Part shown: piece by piece, positions 42,001-48,000 of the stretch
Layout: each line of letters starts with the position of its first letter
How positions within the stretch are numbered: the first letter of the stretch is position 1
NCBI GenBank assembly: GCA_030650275.1
Contig: JAUSEK010000015.1
Location: 3,834 to 67,833, forward strand
Direction: 5' to 3'
Length of the DNA: 64,000 bases
From: Candidatus Omnitrophota bacterium
Lineage (GTDB): Bacteria > Omnitrophota > Gorgyraeia > Zapsychrales > Fredricksoniimonadaceae
Program-made: the position numbers and the translations under genes
The notes under the pieces: model-generated
Told to the model about the DNA's origin: nothing
What the model saw: only the letters and a program-made list of their open reading frames with translations
Database searches by the model: none

Positions 42001-45000
42001 TGATCGGCCTTCAGTTCGCCTATTCCGGCAGGGTCCTTGCTATTGAGCTTCTTATTTGACTCTCCGCCTCCGGCCAACGGAGCGATCGAAGAAAGGTTTA
42101 ACGGCGCCATGCTGCCCTGGGGGTTTGCCTGCGGGGTCACCAAAAGCCTGACCCGCCCATCTTCAGTCATCCCGACAGCCATTCCCTCTGCTGTCCTGTC
42201 TTTATCAAATCTCCGTCCCCATTCTGTGGGTTTCATCAAATCCTTATTATTGACTTCATACCCGGCTTGTATCCCCCTGACCCGTTCGATCTGATCCTCA
42301 TGCGCTATAAGCACCGCGCCTTTATCAAAACCCATGTCCCCTTTCAACGCGACATCTATCAGATCATTACCCTTATATTTCCATTGCTTTGTGTTTTTAT
42401 CGAATGCGAATCTATCCTCCGTGCCCATCATATGGGCCTCTCCAATGCCGCTGACAAAACCCGTTACCGGTTGGGCGATCTGGATCTCTGTTGCATTAAT
42501 ACTATTCACTACGTCCGTTTTTGTCGATCCCGCTCCGAAACTATATGCCCTTGCTCCTGTTTTTTCGTCCGCAATATTGAGGCCACCCGTGACAATATCC
42601 TGGTTGGGCTTCAACATGACCCCGCCCCTGCCCTCATGCCTGATGCCATTCTGGTCTGTGCTGGCCCATTGCCAAGGCACAATGACCGTCGGTTTGTCCT
42701 TCAATGTGATGCCGCGTTCGGCAATATTGCCGTAGAGCGACACAAAACTTTCCCCAATGAACACGGAATCGAATTTGCCGCTGACCTCATTAACGTAGCC
42801 GTCTAATATGGGAGAGATCGTGACCTGCGCGTTTTCACCGGCGGACAAGTAGTCCTGTTTAATATTATCGGGGTTTTGATCGGCATTTTGAACACTGTTG
42901 TTCTCATTCCCGCCGGAAGACAAATTATTATTGGGTTGCTGCGCCTTTGCCTCCAAGATCGTTTCAATGGTTCTGTTGCCGCCCACCTGGTCTATCCCCC
43001 CGAATTTCATACCGCCTTCCAGCATGTTCAACTGCCAGCCCGTATGGACCTGTCCTTCGGGATTGGCCTTGTCCATCATGTCGCGCGTTATACTTTGGAT
43101 CCAGATGGAATCCAGATGGGTGTTGCGCTCCCCTTCCGATGCCGTGGGGCTTGAATATAAAAGTCCTTTCGCGTCCGCGTAACCCTCGCCGGCATTGGCC
43201 AGAGCATATTTGGACGCGCCGAGTCCGGCGATCTCGGAAAATCCATTTTCCTTCAAAACCCTGTTGATCTCCCGAAGTTTATCACTGTTGAAAAGCAGAT
43301 CGTCGCTTGTCTTGGCGATCGTGGTGCGGTGCACGTCCAACACGCGGCGGTCTGTTGTGCTTTCAGGCAATTCCCATGAACCGTTTTTCCACTTAAAGGT
43401 CTCTCCATTCTGACCTTTGATGGCATAGGCATCCACAATTTCGACCATGTCCATCTGGCCCGCATAGTTCCCCTGCCGGTTCACAGAAACCTTTGTATCC
43501 AGCTTGTACCGGGTAATATCAGCCAGTGAAGACGCCGTCGGCGTTGCTCCATTGAGACCGGTACGATAGCGCACCAAATTTCCATCAGCGTTCTGAGTGG
43601 TGCTGATCACACTGTTGTGCTCCACCTGGTTGACATATTCGTTCCCATTCCATACCGGCGCATGGTTCGGATTAATGCCCCCGTTCTGGTTAGAATACAC
43701 GACGCTGCCATTGCCGAATTCAACCTGAAAGTCCTTGACGGCGATTTGGGCGGTTGGGGTTTCTGGGTCCAAATGCAAAACAGCCAGTGTCGGGTTGATC
43801 TTTAACAACAGATCTTTGCTCAACAGTCCGTACCGGGCCACGGTCATGGCCGCGTCTCTTCCGCCCCCGCCTGTTTCATCCCCGAAAGACCGATTGAACA
43901 TAAAACTGTTGGTTATCCCGCCAACGTCCCTGTTAGCATCATTGCGGACCAAATACCCGGAAAAATTCATTCCTTGAATTCTATCGTTCTGGGTGGTCAC
44001 TTCCATTTGCGTTTGTTTTTGAGCGAACAAAACGAAACTTGGAGCTTTGACCGTTGGTGTCTTGTCATCGCCGGAGAAATTTAATTTAATATTGCTGAAA
44101 CCAGGACCTGCTGGTGTTGCCTGTCCGGTCGGTGCAAAAAGATTGCCATATAAATTTTTTTGCGGCTGTTGTGGGTTATACACTGCCCCGCTGCCCAGGA
44201 AAGCCCCGCTACTTTCTATATGTCCACCATCCTGAACAAACGTACGCACAACAGAATCATTGTCCGATAAGTCGATTTTATATGTCCTGGTTGCCGTGCC
44301 GTCTTTTTCGCTTACGTGACTGGGAGACCCCAAGGTCACAGCCTTTAATGTATTAAATTGAAATGTGGTCGTACCAGTCCTGCTGACAAACGCCTGTGTC
44401 TGATCAAAAAACTTCTTCCCGTCTTGTCCAGTTAAGGCGGCCAGAGTTTGTACCGTAGAATACGGCCTGTCCTTCAACAGAACCGGCTGAGCAACCGTCG
44501 CAATGTCTCCCAAAAGAGATCTAACGATCCAGTCCTTATAATCACTCGTTCTGGCCAAAGGATTGTACGTTCTTTGTGTTTCATAAACCACGCCGCCCGT
44601 ACTTCCGGAAGAGACGAAATCAATTTGCGATGCAACAGAGCCCTTGGGGACAATCTGCTCCTTGCCATCTTCGGTTTTAATAGTTTCATTATTTAGGGTG
44701 TTGGAACGCTGTTGAAAAAGATTTGCTCTGGCATTCATCCCAAGCCATGCGCCTGTAGTTTCTTCATCACCAAGCGATGCGGCTCTAACCATTTCATCAA
44801 AATCGCTTTGACTACCCTTCTTCTGCTCCGTGTTTCTAATGGCTTGAACATCTTTGAAAATGTCCTCCGCATTGCCACCGGTAAATTTGAGAGAACCATT
44901 ATGATTTTTTATAACACCATTCTGATATGTAACTCCTTCATCGCCCGTCAAGGCACGTCCCTGCCCGCCAAAACCATAAAACTGAAGCAATATTTGCTTG

Positions 45001-48000
45001 CTGTCGCCCGCGCCCACGTATCTACTTAAAAGGTCCACGTTCCTATTGCCCTGGTTTAAGTGCGCGGTCGGGCCTTGGGAAGGCGTCCATGCGTAAGCAA
45101 CGTTTATGCCATGGTCGTCATTGCCACGAACGCTGATGTTTGTCCCCTGGCGCTGATAATATCCGAGTTCATCCAGGCCCAGAGGGCTTCCGCCGGTCAA
45201 AAGGACATCGGGTCCGCTTGTTAGGACAATGCTCCTGCCCTCTTTGTCTGTCACACCGTTTAAAATTTGACTGGATTCCACATTATTAAATTGCCAGATT
45301 CCTTTATAACTTGGCACATCCATCATGAAGTCCAATGTCTTTAACCCTTCGGTATCCGCAATATCAATCTTGGTCAAAGAATCATTGTTTTCGCCCCTGC
45401 CGTTGAATTTGCCGATGCCCCTTCCGACATACTGACCATTCTCTAAAGATTTGGCATAAACCAATTTAGTGTCGTGGCCCAAACTATTCACAGAGTGCCG
45501 AATTGTCCTGTAGATAAATCTCAAATCCATAAACTTCTTGGCACCGGCGCTTCTTTCATCCAGTTTTGCCGACACCGGAATTTCTATTGCCAGCGCCTTA
45601 ATGTTATCAATGACCGGATTGCCCAGAGAACTGATGACATGTTCCGTGTTGATGAGCCCGGGCGTCAGCAAATGGTTCTGGATGAGGGCGTATTGATACT
45701 GAAGTTCGAGGTCTTTCGGGGCAAGAGGGCCGCCGCCCTGATCATAGGTGGGAACGATGAGTCCGCCGGCCACGCGCGTATACGCGTTGACGTCGCCACC
45801 GGAGGCATGGTCGGCTTTAATGCTGTCACGCAGTTTATCCATCGCCAGCGCGTTCTGGGTGGTAAAGCCGGTGGCACTGCCGATCGTATCGCTGTAAGAA
45901 ACAAAACTTTTGACCGACCCCCAACTGCCGGTGCCGATGAATTGCTCCAGATACGGCGTGCCATACAAAGCATCCGTCCCCGGCTTCATATAGGTAAGGC
46001 CGGCCAGCCCCGCGGTTTGCCAAGGGCCCATTTTGGCACCACCCTGCGGTAGCGGCCCCACATTGCCCTCCGCATACCATTTTTCCTGTGCCTCTTGACG
46101 TTTCGCTTTCTCGTCCTTTACCGATTGGGGCTCTCTGTCCAAAGCAGTCACCAGCCCGCCCGCGGCCAAAGCCGTGGTGAAAAATAAAAGCGTGCGGATC
46201 TCCGCCTTTTTCTGGCGGTATGCGTATGATTTGTCATCCTTGCCGATTATAATCTGTTCCAACTGGTCAAGCCCCATGTACATCCCTGTGCGAACGGCAC
46301 CCTCAAGGAGCGCTCCTTCCAAGGACATCCGCCTGTCTTTGGACATCGCCGATTGCATCTCCAAACTCATGACCTGACTTAAACTCCTGGAGGCCGTGCT
46401 ATCGACCTTAAGGCCGGCCTTCAGCGCGAGCAACCTCACGCCCATGCCCGAAAATTGCCCGACCATGCCGGGCAATTCATTCCTCAAACCCGCGCCCATG
46501 GCAGCGCTGAAACTGTGGGGCACCCACTCACGCGGCGTATTTTTCAACGCACTGTTGTATGCTTCATTCGCGCCCGCATTCCACTCTTGCCGCTGATTGT
46601 TATCAATGGCTGGTCCGGTATGGTCGGCCTCATACTTGGCTTTGGCGTCCGCGGCCGCTTTCTCATCTTTCCAATGCCCCAAATCCTCAAAATCTTTAGT
46701 GCCGTGCATCATTTTATCCGTGACCTCGGCAAACGCCGTCAACGCCATGCTGGAGGCCAACGAGGAAGCCACCTGCGTGACCGCTTCCTTGATGATCGCG
46801 CAGGCCCCGTTGGAATCCTTGCAATCCATGGCCTTGTCAATGGCCCTGACCACCAGATATTCCGCCGTGCCTTTGACCGTCCCATACATCATCCCCTTGG
46901 CAAAGCCCTTGGAAAATACAACAATGGCCTGCGACGTAGTCATTGACGGCACTACCGGCACCGGCGGGACCTGCGGCACGGAAACCGGCGCTGATCCGGG
47001 AACCGCCTTGGAACCAAAACCAAAAACACGTTTAATGCCGCTTGAAATTTTATTAAAAAAAGTATTGATCTTCTGGCCCAAACTGGCAATGAAGCCCAAA
47101 AATCCCGTAGGCGCCGGAGGCGGAGGCGGCGGGGTCACCCCGGTCGCCGGACCCGTGACGGCCCCCATCCCGTAAGTGATGCCTGCCGAAAGGGCCGTGC
47201 TTAAAATAAACGCCCCCACCCCGTTGCACACGCCCGCCTGCACACACATCGTCGCGATGGCTTGGGAGATCTGCGAAGCCGTCATGGAAATAGCAAAAGC
47301 CATGGCCACATCAGTGCCGGCTTTGGCGGCGGTGCCGATACCGGCGGTGACCAGGGCAAGCCCCACATTCATGCCGATCTGCCCAAGGGCCGCTTTCCAG
47401 GTCAGGCCCGGCAGATCTTTGGAATTGTCGCGCCACCTGTCCCCCCAGACAAACGCCCTCAACGGCTCCGGCACTTCTTCAAACGCGATGCCCGCGGCTT
47501 GCCCTGAGCCTGGTCGAAGGGCCTTCACATCCTTGATATAAACGAACCCGTCAAATTTTTGAATGAACTCCTGTGCCGGCAAAGAACCCGCGATGCCGAT
47601 ATCATTAAAATACACCGTATCGTTCTTGACCGCGGTCACGGTCACAAAATGCTCATCCTGTAAATGGGCCAGAAATGGCGTTGGCAATTTGACCACATCC
47701 GCGGGTGTTATCTTCACGCTCTGATAAGAAACGCCCAGCGCCTGCGCTACTTTATCCAGAGCATACAGCGAAGTTTTTAATTTCAGATCACCAACCTTGA
47801 TGACATCGCTGACCAAGTCCACCGAAACAGTCAGCACAGCCAATTCTTCCACCGAACGCACAACGCCTTCGTGGTCCAAAATATCTTTCAGGCCGTAAAC
47901 AGCGCAATTAAAAGGATGGATCCCGGGCTTGCCCAGCCATTCGGTAATGGCGCGGATGCGTTCGCGGGTGAACGTGCCATTGGCCTCCAAAAGCAGCGCT

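Noticed and set aside
47053-47247. 64-aa minus ORF (frame 0) and the plus ORFs 47176-47541 and 47262-47507, considered as separate small genes between the N-terminal fragment and the giant ORF.
   Set aside because: The region is better explained as the frameshifted continuation of the giant gene: frame-1 and frame-2 translations give a continuous protein with the C39 His motif spanning the junction.
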